The notes: generated by a model not told the origin, from the sequence alone. Shown: positions 8,979-18,782, numbered from the stretch's first letter. The stretch: 64,000 bases of DNA from a virus (IMGVR_UViG_3300045988_161245:32001-96000), one strand, 5' to 3'. Program-made: numbers and translations.

Positions 8979-9209
8979 TTAATATTTGCGATTTTTCTTG
9001 ATAATTCTAAAAAACAATGTATATATTTCTCCGTCCTCATCTTCTACTGAAATTTTTCGGTTTCTTAAAATTTCAGAAATGTTTCCAACGCCATTCCAAA
9101 TTTTACCAATAGGATATGTGTCTCCAATATGCATATCATGCCCTAACTGAATGCAATATGCATATTCTGCTAATATGCCAGATGTGTATTCATCATATAA
9201 TGTTCTCAT
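8979..9209 (-). CDS. hypothetical protein
   Basis: Track ORF trimmed to ATG 9209 (GGAGG upstream), so it no longer overlaps the gene at 9223-9447. Confidence 0.55.
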   Translation of the reverse strand: MRTLYDEYTSGILAEYAYCIQLGHDMHIGDTYPIGKIWNGVGNISEILRNRKISVEDEDGEIYTLFFRIIKKNRKY

Positions 9210-9222
9210 ATGTCGCCTCCGT

Positions 9223-9447
9223 TCAAAATATATATGTCGCAACCCATCTCTTCGCACTTGCAAGAGATTTACATTCCGCCAATTTTGTATTACAGTTCTT
9301 TCCACTGTATACTCCAAACTTCTCACCTTCATCGTCGATCCAAACGAATCTTCCATAATCCGGATGATTTATTTCAGCAGCCCATTGAGTTGGATTTCCG
9401 TTGTCATCGTCACACTCGTGAACTATGTTCCATTTTAATCTTGCCAT
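9223..9447 (-). CDS. hypothetical protein
   Basis: AAGGGAG SD precedes the ATG. Confidence 0.6.
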   Translation of the reverse strand: MARLKWNIVHECDDDNGNPTQWAAEINHPDYGRFVWIDDEGEKFGVYSGKNCNTKLAECKSLASAKRWVATYIF

Positions 9448-9478
9448 CTTATATCTCCCTTCAAATCGTCATTTTATA

Positions 9479-9658
9479 TTATAATTTTTCCACAGAGTCT
9501 CCACTAACTTCATCTAGCCATTTAAGCCAATCTTCATAATTACTTGGATATTTCTCTGGATTTATATTTATGTCATTTAATAGATAAGCCATTTGCTCTG
9601 TTTTAAATTCCCTTATAGCTTGAGATTTTGTATTGATTCTTCCATATTCGTCTATCAT
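9479..9658 (-). CDS. hypothetical small protein (59 aa, below track cutoff)
   Basis: My translation reads MIDEYGRINTKSQAIREFKTEQMAYLLNDINI...; TAAGGAGA SD precedes the start. Confidence 0.5.
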   Translation of the reverse strand: MIDEYGRINTKSQAIREFKTEQMAYLLNDININPEKYPSNYEDWLKWLDEVSGDSVEKL

Positions 9659-9669
9659 TTTATATCTCC

Positions 9670-9921
9670 TTAAAACATATCAATTACCACATGATACGGA
9701 TCAATGGTCTCAGCAGTAATCCAAAAGTTCCCTTCTGGCTGTATTAACTCATTACAATTTTGGTTATACAATTGAAAGTTGTCGCTAAGAAAATGTACCG
9801 GTATAACCAATGTTCCTGCAGAAACCATTGTGATTGACTTTTCTGTAAGTTTATATTTGTGCTGTCTTTTGCTTCCAATTCGTTCTACAACGACACCAGC
9901 CCTATTTGACTTTAAATACAT
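9670..9921 (-). CDS. hypothetical protein
   Basis: GGAGGT SD precedes the ATG. Confidence 0.6.
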   Translation of the reverse strand: MYLKSNRAGVVVERIGSKRQHKYKLTEKSITMVSAGTLVIPVHFLSDNFQLYNQNCNELIQPEGNFWITAETIDPYHVVIDMF

Positions 9922-9939
9922 TTTCTACCTCCATAGAAG

Positions 9940-10545
9940 TTATAAAATACTATCTTGTATATACTTTTGATTTTCATTTGCATTAATTAATTTGCCAGCA
10001 ATATTTGTTTTCTTTATATTTTCTTTTACATTTTCCATATATTCATAAACATAATCTTGTGCTAAACTTATTTTATCTTCAGACACGCCATAATTAACAC
10101 AAAATCTAGTACCAAAGTCATCTATACCTATTTCTGAAAAATCTTTATTTCCACCATCGCTTACTTCTGTATGCTCAAATAACTGTTCAAATAATATTTT
10201 TTTCAAATATCTATTAACAGGATCAATAAAATAATATGAATCAATAATATGGCTTCCTTCTAACTTAAACCACTCTCTATATTTACTTTCTTTTATAAGA
10301 CCGTTAATATAATTTTTATTAAAATATTGCTCGAATTTTTGAATACAATGTATCATTCTGTTTTCTACAATACTTTTTTTTAGTTCAATTTTTTCATCAT
10401 TATTTAAATTTTCATACTTCAGTTTTATAATCGACCAAATCAAATATTCTAAATCATTAAAAGAAATCTCTTCGTTATTATCTAATTTAAAAAACAAATC
10501 CCAAAATTCATAATTATTTTTCAATTTTAATAATTCCGATTCCAT
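9940..10545 (-). CDS. hypothetical protein
   Basis: Start moved to ATG 10545 (AGAGGTAG SD), after the upstream stop at 10572. Confidence 0.6.
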   Translation of the reverse strand: MESELLKLKNNYEFWDLFFKLDNNEEISFNDLEYLIWSIIKLKYENLNNDEKIELKKSIVENRMIHCIQKFEQYFNKNYINGLIKESKYREWFKLEGSHIIDSYYFIDPVNRYLKKILFEQLFEHTEVSDGGNKDFSEIGIDDFGTRFCVNYGVSEDKISLAQDYVYEYMENVKENIKKTNIAGKLINANENQKYIQDSIL

Positions 10546-10571
10546 ATTTCTACCTCTGTAAAAGTTAAATT

Positions 10572-10751
10572 TTACTCCCATACCTCATCATTATCTGCTA
10601 ATTCAGCATCAAAAGAAAAAGTGGTTATCCCTGTTTTCTCTTTTACTATTTCAATAGCTTCTTTATAATCATTTGCCTTTACAATGTAAATATAACTTGA
10701 TACATCATCCTCGTATTTTGGGACATCCTTAACGACATATAATTGTTTCAT
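10572..10751 (-). CDS. hypothetical protein
   Basis: ATG 10751 is preceded by an AGAGGTG SD. Confidence 0.55.
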   Translation of the reverse strand: MKQLYVVKDVPKYEDDVSSYIYIVKANDYKEAIEIVKEKTGITTFSFDAELADNDEVWE

Positions 10752-10772
10752 ATTCAACACCTCTGTTTCATA

Positions 10773-11006
10773 TTATTCAATATAACATGCAATATCCATC
10801 CCACTTCCACTATAATCATAATTATATGGAAAACTTATCATATTATCCTCAGTTTCAACCTCATAATGAAGTCCATCTTCTTGTTTTACATTCCACGTTT
10901 TGTATTTTTCCTTATCTGAAAAATACCATTCAGCTCCAACGCATTCAACATATACTTTGATTCCGTTCTCTAATTTTTGCACATCTGACAATTCTATTTT
11001 TTTCAT
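10773..11006 (-). CDS. hypothetical protein
   Basis: 77-aa ORF whose start overlaps the upstream stop. Confidence 0.55.
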   Translation of the reverse strand: MKKIELSDVQKLENGIKVYVECVGAEWYFSDKEKYKTWNVKQEDGLHYEVETEDNMISFPYNYDYSGSGMDIACYIE

Positions 11007-11365
11007 TTAACATCCCTTTCAAATTTAGACCAATCAACACCAGAATATTTATCTTCAAGTTTTAACATTTTTTTTCTCATATCTGCAACTTTATCAAACT
11101 CGTATCTTTCGTCTCTCTGTGATTGATCAGGATATCTTTTTATTAAAAGAATACCTTTTTTCTTCCCATCTTTATAGGTTCGTCCTAATATTATAAAATT
11201 CTTCTGTTGCTCCCAGTTGTCAATTAAAGCAATTCTTTCTTTTGCACGTTTTTCGAATTCTATAATCTCTAGTTTCTGTTGCTCTATGTCTTGATTAAAT
11301 TTTTCTAAATACTTCTCAAGATCGTTTTTAGTATAAACATATCTATCGTACTGTTCGTAGTTCAT
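11003..11365 (-). CDS. hypothetical protein (coiled-coil-like)
   Basis: 120-aa ORF in the packed block. Confidence 0.55.
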   Translation of the reverse strand: MNYEQYDRYVYTKNDLEKYLEKFNQDIEQQKLEIIEFEKRAKERIALIDNWEQQKNFIILGRTYKDGKKKGILLIKRYPDQSQRDERYEFDKVADMRKKMLKLEDKYSGVDWSKFERDVK

Positions 11366-11431
11366 TTAACCACTTCCTCTAAAACTTTGATTTTACCAAC
11401 TTGAATTACTTCCATCATACCATAATTTCCC

Positions 11432-11650
11432 TTACATTGCCATACCGCATCTCTTGCAAGTGTCACGAAATGTTTTCCAGTTCATATTGCCAATCGGAGC
11501 TATTACCAACTCCGATCTGCCTTTCTTCTTATATATATTATGATTATTTGTCCTGACTATGTACCACCCATTTGCATTGAATATCTTTTCAACCTGGCGT
11601 GGTTTTAAGTCTCCCTTGTTTCTTAATATATCATCTAAACTTTTGCTCAT
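11432..11650 (-). CDS. HicA-like (YcfA family) small protein
   Basis: FNANGWYIVRTNNHNIYKKKGRSELVIAP resembles the HicA core G(F/W)xxxRxxGSHxxy. Abuts the recombinase stop. Confidence 0.45.
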   Translation of the reverse strand: MSKSLDDILRNKGDLKPRQVEKIFNANGWYIVRTNNHNIYKKKGRSELVIAPIGNMNWKTFRDTCKRCGMAM

Positions 11651-12673
11651 TTAATCATCTCCATATAAATCTTCTACTGCGTCAGCAATTTCTCTTCTCT
11701 GCTGAACTGTATCATCCAAATATTTCTGTGTTGCTGCTAAACTCTTTTGTCCAAGTAATTGCTGTACCGCTCTAGCATTACCGGTTTTTAAATAATAATT
11801 CGTTCCGGTTGAACTACGCATTGTATGTGGGACAATTCTTTTTTCTTTATTAATGTCACCGGCATATGCTCTTAGTATCCTTCCAACTGTTTTTTGAGAA
11901 ATTCTACCAGACTTATTTGAAATAAATAGCGCAGGACTTTCTACTCCATTTTCTCTAACATATTCATTTCGCTTCTGAACCCAACTTTGAAGTATCTTAA
12001 TTGTACCATCACTGAGGCGGACATGCCTTGGTTTATTTCCCTTTTCAATAACACTCAAAGACTTGTCTTCCCAATTAATATCATCAATATTAATTGATAT
12101 TATTGCAGAAACACGCAGAGCCTTGTGGAATCCAAGGTTAATTATAGCTTCGTCTCTCTCATTCCACTGAGAAAGATATAATCTACTTCTTTTAGTGTTT
12201 CCGGAAGATACATTTTTTTCAATCTCTTTTACCTCATCAACATCTAGGTATACTTTTTTCTTCATTCTCTCATTACTTGGAGTTTTAATTTTTCTCATTG
12301 GATTTTTACTGATATGATCCCCATCTTCCAAAAACTTAAAAAAGCAATTTAAAGAAAAATATCTAATATATTTATAAGAATCAGAAATTTTTCCATTTTT
12401 CATAATTATATGATTATCATCGTCTACAATATACTTTCTTATAGTTTCTATATTTAATCTTCCAATATCATCTATAGTTTCCGTTGGATATCCAGAATCT
12501 TTTAGATAATGTACTAACCTTATTACATTATTGATATAATTTAATCGTGTCTTTGCTGTTTTATCATCTGCAATCATAAATACATTAAACAATTCCATGT
12601 ATTCTGGTTCATTTTTTAGGAGCCGATTAATGTTATTTATATACTTAACTTCAATCTCCATTCTACCTATCAT
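11651..12673 (-). CDS. tyrosine recombinase / phage integrase family
   Basis: ALRVSAIISINIDDI (Arg box) and HTMRSSTGTNYYLKTGNARAVQQLLGQKSLAATQKY (H-x-x-R ... Y). Confidence 0.8.
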   Translation of the reverse strand: MIGRMEIEVKYINNINRLLKNEPEYMELFNVFMIADDKTAKTRLNYINNVIRLVHYLKDSGYPTETIDDIGRLNIETIRKYIVDDDNHIIMKNGKISDSYKYIRYFSLNCFFKFLEDGDHISKNPMRKIKTPSNERMKKKVYLDVDEVKEIEKNVSSGNTKRSRLYLSQWNERDEAIINLGFHKALRVSAIISINIDDINWEDKSLSVIEKGNKPRHVRLSDGTIKILQSWVQKRNEYVRENGVESPALFISNKSGRISQKTVGRILRAYAGDINKEKRIVPHTMRSSTGTNYYLKTGNARAVQQLLGQKSLAATQKYLDDTVQQRREIADAVEDLYGDD

Positions 12674-12688
12674 TTATATCACCTCACT

Positions 12689-12997
12689 TTATATTACCAA
12701 TTTGCTTATTCCCTGGTAGTTCATATGATAATCCAATATTTTTTCTTTCATATCTACAATCATATCTTCTAATTCATCATCAATTTCATCCTCTTTATAT
12801 TTTTTCAAAATATCATTTGCTACATCAGCAATTTCTTCCCATTCACAAAGCGTTTCTTCGTTAACACTTGTAGGACGAAATGTTGTTCGCATTTGTAGTT
12901 CCAGTAATCTATCCTTTACACATTCACACATTCTTATGATGAAAGCTTTATTTGTGCATTCTGAATTGGCAGCATGTAATAATTTTATATTCTTCAT
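12689..12997 (-). CDS. hypothetical acidic protein
   Basis: GGAGGT SD precedes the start. Confidence 0.6.
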   Translation of the reverse strand: MKNIKLLHAANSECTNKAFIIRMCECVKDRLLELQMRTTFRPTSVNEETLCEWEEIADVANDILKKYKEDEIDDELEDMIVDMKEKILDYHMNYQGISKLVI

Positions 12998-13021
12998 TTC
13001 GCTTATACCTCCGGTTTTCTT

Positions 13022-13055
13022 AAATACAAAAACAGCCTACATTTATGTAAGCTGT
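13022..13055 (-). terminator. intrinsic terminator
   Basis: Stem ACAGCCTACA / TGTAAGCTGT, followed on the minus strand by TTTTTGT. Confidence 0.6.
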
Positions 13056-13069
13056 TTCTATTATAAATA

Positions 13070-13831
13070 TTATTTTTTATTATATGGAAGTCCATGTGTG
13101 GCTCTATAATATCGCTCTGCTGCAAATTGCCTTTGTTTATAATCTTTATAAACGTCACAAAGATACCAAACCCAAATTAATACAATAAAAGGTGCAAATA
13201 TTGTAATAAGAAGTATTCCGGATACAACAAGTAATCCTAATCCTATTTTAATCTGATCGGTTGTGAAAATAGGAATATTTGTATAACAATCTGGGTTACA
13301 AAATTCCGCTGGTTTTCCTGTTCCATCCGTTGACAATACACCGGCTTCTATAGCTGCTTTCCTCAAAGCTTCATTGTATTTTTTCTGCTTCTTTTCCTCT
13401 ACATATTTTTCGTAGTCAATTTTACATTTTTCAGTTGGGAACCAATAATCATCTGTTGTTGATGGAGCATATGCATGTATAGGTGGTTTAGTCTTTTTCC
13501 CATCGTATACAAGATAACCTGCATCTATGTATGGTTGTGCATTTTTTACAAATAAAAGTTCCTTAAAAAACTCTTTTTCTTCATTTGTCATAACACCTTT
13601 ATTGAATTCTAAACATTCATGTTTTAAAATGTCCATCTCATAGTCGTCTGTTGTGCAGCCATAAATAAGCCTAAACTTTGAGTACCCAAACTCTCTTTTT
13701 TTACCTTTTTCAAACATTTCTGCAAATTGTTCTAGTTGAGATGCTAATATTTTCTTATTACTACTCAAGAAATCATCAGAATCGTAAAAAAAGATATGAT
13801 CAAACCGATCATCATTTGCATAATGTGACAT
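13070..13831 (-). CDS. hypothetical protein with C-terminal TM segments
   Basis: IGLGLLVVSGILLITIFAPFIVLIWVWYL lies near the C-terminus. GGAGGAAAG SD precedes the start. Confidence 0.6.
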   Translation of the reverse strand: MSHYANDDRFDHIFFYDSDDFLSSNKKILASQLEQFAEMFEKGKKREFGYSKFRLIYGCTTDDYEMDILKHECLEFNKGVMTNEEKEFFKELLFVKNAQPYIDAGYLVYDGKKTKPPIHAYAPSTTDDYWFPTEKCKIDYEKYVEEKKQKKYNEALRKAAIEAGVLSTDGTGKPAEFCNPDCYTNIPIFTTDQIKIGLGLLVVSGILLITIFAPFIVLIWVWYLCDVYKDYKQRQFAAERYYRATHGLPYNKK

Positions 13832-13934
13832 TTTCTTTCCTCCATTCCAATTATTTCACGTACAGTTAATTTCTTAAATCATACCACATTTATCTCATAT
13901 TGTCAGTAGATTTCTCTTGTAAAATCCAACTTTT

Positions 13935-13966
13935 ACAAAAGCGACCAGAAATTAATCTGATCGCTT
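13935..13966 (-). terminator. intrinsic terminator
   Basis: Stem AAGCGACCAGA / TCTGATCGCTT, followed on the minus strand by TTTTGT. Confidence 0.6.
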
Positions 13967-13968
13967 AT

Positions 13969-14085
13969 CTACTCGTTTTTAGGTTTCAATCCCATTCGCT
14001 GCCGAATCACATCTTCTTCAATCATATCTGTGTTTGCCTTAATAGTCCATCCATCAACTTCTATGATAATATCTATGTCATCCAT
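13969..14085 (-). CDS. hypothetical small protein (38 aa)
   Basis: MDDIDIIIEVDGWTIKANTDMIEEDV...; GAGGA SD precedes the start. Confidence 0.4.
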   Translation of the reverse strand: MDDIDIIIEVDGWTIKANTDMIEEDVIRQRMGLKPKNE

Positions 14086-14088
14086 GTA

Positions 14089-14358
14089 TTAATCCTCGCT
14101 AAAATTATTACTCCACATAACACTTCCTGTATTATTGCAATTAAGCTCTATTTTATATTTCTCTTTGAACCATAATTTTAACCAATCGAAAAATTCTTTT
14201 GTTGGGTTGACAATAAAACTATCAACGCAATTCATACTTGGAAGTGTAATTTCCATTGAACTTATAATCATATCATCAACAAATTTATATCTAAATGGAC
14301 AACCTTTAATAGCTAATTCAATATTTAGGTTCATTACCATTTCCTTTGTAATCTTCAT
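14089..14358 (-). CDS. hypothetical protein
   Basis: 89-aa ORF with a GGAGATG SD. Confidence 0.55.
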   Translation of the reverse strand: MKITKEMVMNLNIELAIKGCPFRYKFVDDMIISSMEITLPSMNCVDSFIVNPTKEFFDWLKLWFKEKYKIELNCNNTGSVMWSNNFSED

Positions 14359-14394
14359 TTAATCATCTCCATTCTTCACCTTGAAAGCAATTTT

Positions 14395-14790
14395 TCAACT
14401 ATTCATTTTCCATTTTTTAATATTAAACAATTCTTTTAGGATAACTTTTTTAATGTCAAATATTCCGTTCTCCCAAACATCCATCTCTCCGTATTCATTA
14501 AATCCAGATGTGCGGATTTCTCCATTATCCATGCAGTTAATACATTTCAAAATATCACAGTGTCCAGTTCTTGCTCCCCATAACCTAACAGAATCTAATA
14601 CAACTTCAGAGTATGTGGTTATAATCAAATCTTCATTTGCTTTAAAATACGTATCACATAATTTCAAAATTTTTTCAGATAGTTTATAAGGATGTAATGT
14701 GCTTTGTTCTGGAAAATACTTTACATGTTCATAATTCCCTGCAAGATATAAACTTCCATTTCGTTGACCTGTAACAATGATTATTTCCAT
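14395..14790 (-). CDS. hypothetical protein
   Basis: 131 aa. LIITTYSEVVLDSV weakly recalls the C-terminal motif of ABC/AAA_15 ATPases, but no P-loop is present. Confidence 0.55.
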   Translation of the reverse strand: MEIIIVTGQRNGSLYLAGNYEHVKYFPEQSTLHPYKLSEKILKLCDTYFKANEDLIITTYSEVVLDSVRLWGARTGHCDILKCINCMDNGEIRTSGFNEYGEMDVWENGIFDIKKVILKELFNIKKWKMNS

Positions 14791-14983
14791 TATGTCACCT
14801 CTTTAAAACTCTCATTTTATGTCATTCAAAAACGTTAAGTCTAGATTTTTAATTTCTGCATTAAATCCATTTTCACATCTTTGTATTGAAACATTCTGTT
14901 CAATAGTTTCCCATAACTTTTTATTTTTGCGTATTGTTTCCTTTGATGGACGAAATATTGAGTTATATTCTATGTATATTGAG

Positions 14984-15445
14984 TTATTCATCTTTACCCC
15001 AGTAAGTCTTTACAAATCCCTGTTCTGGATCTCTATAACTTCTACCTTCACATTCTTCATAAGCTCTGTTATAGGATGCCGAAACAAGTTTTAATGGGAA
15101 TTTCAATTTATCAATATCTTTATCATCGCATCCAATACAAATTCCTTTACATCTATTTGATTGTTTACATGTATTTCCATATTTTATGATTTCTTCCATT
15201 GTTTTTGGATAATGCCCACATTCATACGAATAATCCATACCATCACAACCATTCCAATATGCCAGAATCCCATATAGATCTGCTTCATTTTCTGTCCCAT
15301 GAAAAACATGTCCATAATCATAGTATGTATCTTTGATAAATCCGCCACCAAATTCCTTTGGAATAAGTATCTTGTAGCGATCTCCTTTAGTGAGATTACT
15401 TCTCTTTGTAGTTCTATCTGCTCTTAACCAACTAAAGCTTCCCAT
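14984..15445 (-). CDS. hypothetical Cys-rich protein
   Basis: ATG 15445 follows a GGAGG SD. Confidence 0.6.
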   Translation of the reverse strand: MGSFSWLRADRTTKRSNLTKGDRYKILIPKEFGGGFIKDTYYDYGHVFHGTENEADLYGILAYWNGCDGMDYSYECGHYPKTMEEIIKYGNTCKQSNRCKGICIGCDDKDIDKLKFPLKLVSASYNRAYEECEGRSYRDPEQGFVKTYWGKDE

Positions 15446-15459
15446 TATTCTGCCTCCGC

Positions 15460-15663
15460 TCATTTTATACTATTGTAATCATTAATCAATTTTCTTGTAT
15501 ACTCGATCATGGAAATAATTTTAAGATTTCCCTTAGCCAGATTCTCATTAAGCCATGCGTGAAAATTATTTTCTTTTATATTTAGTATTTGTAGGTAAAA
15601 TATTTTTAATTTCTCTTCTGTGAAAACAGCACCATCAAAAGTACGTTTATAATAATTTTCCAT
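15460..15663 (-). CDS. hypothetical protein
   Basis: 67-aa ORF in the packed block. Confidence 0.55.
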   Translation of the reverse strand: MENYYKRTFDGAVFTEEKLKIFYLQILNIKENNFHAWLNENLAKGNLKIISMIEYTRKLINDYNSIK

Positions 15664-15684
15664 TCTTAATTCTTAATACCTCCA

Positions 15685-16203
15685 TCATTTTACTGGTTCA
15701 ATGACAATTTTGTTTGCGACATATCTTCTCTCTCCCGGTTTAATATTCCAGTTTTCATCAAATATACCATCAAGTATCTGCTGTTGAAAATAATATTTAC
15801 ACATGCCAGCGTATCCTAAATGTGGTGTTGTTAAAAGTATTTCATCTCCGTACTGGACATTATATGACAAAGCCTCAATGTTTTCCATGTTCTTAGCTTC
15901 GTATTCATCAATCTCGTCCTGGATAGCATCATAATCAACTGTGCCATATCCAATACGATTTCCGTCTTCGTTCTCATAAAGCTGATAAAAAAGCCCTTCA
16001 ACATCAGCTTTTTCTATTTCTTCACTTAGCTCTCTAAAATTGTCTCCATCTATGCAACATTCAAATCTGCCTTCCCAGGGATGATCTACAAAGAATCCGA
16101 GCTGAACACCAACCCCATCATGTGGAGCATTTGGATTATATCTTTCATCCTCACTTGTAACAATCATCACATATTTTTTATTATTATTTCGCTTGTCAAC
16201 CAT
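15685..16203 (-). CDS. hypothetical protein
   Basis: ATG 16203 follows a GGAGGTG SD. Confidence 0.6.
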   Translation of the reverse strand: MVDKRNNNKKYVMIVTSEDERYNPNAPHDGVGVQLGFFVDHPWEGRFECCIDGDNFRELSEEIEKADVEGLFYQLYENEDGNRIGYGTVDYDAIQDEIDEYEAKNMENIEALSYNVQYGDEILLTTPHLGYAGMCKYYFQQQILDGIFDENWNIKPGERRYVANKIVIEPVK

Positions 16204-16205
16204 AA

Positions 16206-16418
16206 TCACACCTCCGAATCAAAAATTTCTTTTATCTGGTCCTCTGTTAATACCCCATCAAATAGTTCCCTTACTGTCCAGTTCTTAGAACTACGTCCTG
16301 TGTAGAAATCTGCATATTTAATACAATTACATGCCAATTTAATAAGTTGATCTCCATCGGATCTTTCCGATGTTGTGTTACTTTTCAAATAGCCAATTAC
16401 CTTATCAAGCCGGTCCAT
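16206..16418 (-). CDS. hypothetical protein
   Basis: Trimmed to ATG 16418 (GAGG SD), downstream of the stop at 16429. Confidence 0.5.
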   Translation of the reverse strand: MDRLDKVIGYLKSNTTSERSDGDQLIKLACNCIKYADFYTGRSSKNWTVRELFDGVLTEDQIKEIFDSEV

Positions 16419-16428
16419 TTTACTTACC

Positions 16429-16749
16429 TCACTCATCTTTGTATTTGAAAAACTTCTCTTTCTGATCATATATTCGTTCCTGGATATCACTTATACCTTT
16501 AATTAAATTTTCATATTTATCATCCAGAAATTCTTGTGCTTTTGATGCAACCAGCTCATCAATAGAATCCTCAATTCTCTTTGCAACTACTGAAAAGTCC
16601 AATTCAATTCCGCCAACTTCAAATTTTACCGGATATGTTCCATCTTTCTCACTTTTAGCCATTTTTAAAATTTTATCATTATCTCCCTTAATCGCGGCGC
16701 AAATTAACCAAAGTTCCATATCGCCATGTTTAGGTTTATAATTCGTCAT
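16429..16749 (-). CDS. hypothetical protein
   Basis: ATG 16749 follows an AAGGAGTGA SD. Confidence 0.6.
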   Translation of the reverse strand: MTNYKPKHGDMELWLICAAIKGDNDKILKMAKSEKDGTYPVKFEVGGIELDFSVVAKRIEDSIDELVASKAQEFLDDKYENLIKGISDIQERIYDQKEKFFKYKDE

Positions 16750-16761
16750 ATTTATCACTCC

Positions 16762-16854
16762 TTATGCAATTTTTTTTAATACGTGTCTAATACTTACTTC
16801 CGTTCTTCCCATCTCTGCAGCAATTTCTTTTGTATTTAATCCACGGTGCTTCAT
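16762..16854 (-). CDS. mini HTH peptide (30 aa from ATG; frame is open back to the upstream TAA)
   Basis: MKHRGLNTKEIAAEMGRTEVSIRHVLKKIA looks like a sigma-r4/LuxR-type HTH. AGGA lies 8 nt upstream of the ATG. Confidence 0.4.
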   Translation of the reverse strand: MKHRGLNTKEIAAEMGRTEVSIRHVLKKIA

Positions 16855-16890
16855 ATGTTTTATCCTAACAATTTCATTGTCCGTAAACCT

Positions 16891-17313
16891 TTACCCATGA
16901 CGTTTTGTTTTATATCTCGCTTGCTCAAATTCAACCCAACGTGGTTCTGGAAGAATGGAACATAAATCATAACCAGACCAATTGATTATACTTCGGTGAG
17001 TATCTGCCCATTTCCAAAATTGCTCTGGATCTATCTGATATCTTGTACGGTTTGGCTCTTTTACCTTGATTGCCGGAAGATTGAATTTTTCCACCCATCT
17101 TTTTACCGCTCTCTCATTCGTACTAAAGCATCTTCCAAGCACTCTAGCACTCAGATACCCATCATAATATGTATTGATTCCCATTCTAGCAGCTTTCTTC
17201 CGAACAGATTCAACTGTTCGATTGAGAGCTTTTGCAGTTCGCTTGTTAGGCTGTCGCAAATAATATTTATTCATATATTTCTCTTCTTCAGCTGTCCAAT
17301 ATCTTTTGTCCAT
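16891..17313 (-). CDS. Myb/SANT-like DNA-binding protein
   Basis: KRYWTAEEEKYMNKYY...TAKALNRTVESVRKKAARMG. ATG 17313 follows GGAGG. Confidence 0.5.
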   Translation of the reverse strand: MDKRYWTAEEEKYMNKYYLRQPNKRTAKALNRTVESVRKKAARMGINTYYDGYLSARVLGRCFSTNERAVKRWVEKFNLPAIKVKEPNRTRYQIDPEQFWKWADTHRSIINWSGYDLCSILPEPRWVEFEQARYKTKRHG

Positions 17314-17342
17314 TTCAGCCTCCATAAAAAGTTGATTTCATA

Positions 17343-17528
17343 TTAATCTTCTACACATATACACAAATCTTCATACCAATTTGTTCCAAAGCTCACCACA
17401 TTGTACTTAGAATATAATTCCATGGCTTTTTTAACAGATCCTGAAAATATTTCCTTTCTATTGTATATTTTTACTGTTCCAAAAGAACCATTTTGTAATG
17501 AAAGCAAATCTCCAACTGTCGTTCCCAT
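17343..17528 (-). CDS. hypothetical protein
   Basis: GGAGGTAG SD precedes the start. Confidence 0.55.
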   Translation of the reverse strand: MGTTVGDLLSLQNGSFGTVKIYNRKEIFSGSVKKAMELYSKYNVVSFGTNWYEDLCICVED

Positions 17529-17555
17529 TTTTGCTACCTCCGTAAAAACTCGATT

Positions 17556-17930
17556 TTATCTTTCTGAAATATATTTCTGAATATAATCATCTGCTTCTTT
17601 TTCTGTCATCATTTCAGTAGTTGAAGCGCTGCCATCTGTCATTTCTTCAAAAATACATTCCGCAATAATCTGATCAGAATAATCATCATAAATTTCTCTT
17701 AATGATTCAATAGAATCGTAATATCCAGAAATATTACATTCCTTTTCATACTCTGTATAATCATCGAGATCGACCAAAGCAGTTTTTACTGTATATTTTT
17801 TATCCGGATATCCAGGATCTCCCTTACAAATATCTAACCATACCTTTTCTATGAAACTATATGTTCCATCTGAATTTATCTTAGAATATTGACTGCTATC
17901 TGAATCTGTACAAACCCATTCTTCTCTCAT
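17556..17930 (-). CDS. hypothetical acidic protein
   Basis: AAAGGTGA SD precedes the start. Confidence 0.6.
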   Translation of the reverse strand: MREEWVCTDSDSSQYSKINSDGTYSFIEKVWLDICKGDPGYPDKKYTVKTALVDLDDYTEYEKECNISGYYDSIESLREIYDDYSDQIIAECIFEEMTDGSASTTEMMTEKEADDYIQKYISER

Positions 17931-17943
17931 TTAATCACCTTTT

Positions 17944-18159
17944 TCAAATTACATCCCATAACATTTTCATATCTGGATGGCTATAACCAATGTAAGCAAG
18001 TGCCTGGTTAATTCCTTGGGCATAGCTTTGTTTCTGATCGGCAAACCTCATCTGTGTAGCAGATATATTGGTTCGCTTAAAAACATCTTGCGCTTCTCTT
18101 CCGTTCCTAATTCCTTCCCACATAAGTTTGTGACATTTTTGTTTTTCCAATTCAGTCAT
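17944..18159 (-). CDS. hypothetical protein
   Basis: GTGAGGTAA SD precedes the start. Confidence 0.55.
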   Translation of the reverse strand: MTELEKQKCHKLMWEGIRNGREAQDVFKRTNISATQMRFADQKQSYAQGINQALAYIGYSHPDMKMLWDVI

Positions 18160-18171
18160 ACTTTAATTACC

Positions 18172-18453
18172 TCACCATTCATATGTTTTAAATCCATTCT
18201 CAATCGGACCATCGGAATCAAGACAGATCCAATCTACTCCACATCCAATTGCAAAAGCAATTATTGTTTCAATATCTTCCGGAAGATTCATTTCTTCATA
18301 ATCAAAATCATCTGGCACATAAACAAAATATCCACCAGTTTTTTCATACACACATAATCCCTCAGTCGGTTCTTTTACTTGCCCTATTAACCATTTGTCT
18401 GTTTCTTTTGAAATATGCGCTGTACTCAGTGTCCACATTTTTGCAATTTCCAT
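18172..18453 (-). CDS. hypothetical protein
   Basis: AAAGGAGGG SD precedes the start. Confidence 0.6.
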   Translation of the reverse strand: MEIAKMWTLSTAHISKETDKWLIGQVKEPTEGLCVYEKTGGYFVYVPDDFDYEEMNLPEDIETIIAFAIGCGVDWICLDSDGPIENGFKTYEW

Positions 18454-18455
18454 TG

Positions 18456-18782
18456 TTAACCCTCCTTTAATCCAAGTTTTGCAAAGAAATCGTCAACCAT
18501 CTTATCTGATTCTTCTGCTTTTCTCTTTTCTTTTTCAAGTGCATTGTAAATGTCTTTAATTACGTCATTTTGATATCTGTAATCCAGTGACTCTGAATTT
18601 CCATTGTCAGAAAAGTGTGTTTCATACAAGGGTATGCAGCTTCTTCCAATCCGAACGCATTCTACATTATTCCAATAACCACATCGTGTATAATCAATTT
18701 CAAATCCTACTTTCTGAAGCTTTTTCATAAAAGTGTCATTTACTTTCCGGTCCTTTTTTAAATACTCAATTGTCTCTTTCAT
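18456..18782 (-). CDS. hypothetical protein
   Basis: AAAGGAGAAG SD precedes the start. Confidence 0.6.
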   Translation of the reverse strand: MKETIEYLKKDRKVNDTFMKKLQKVGFEIDYTRCGYWNNVECVRIGRSCIPLYETHFSDNGNSESLDYRYQNDVIKDIYNALEKEKRKAEESDKMVDDFFAKLGLKEG

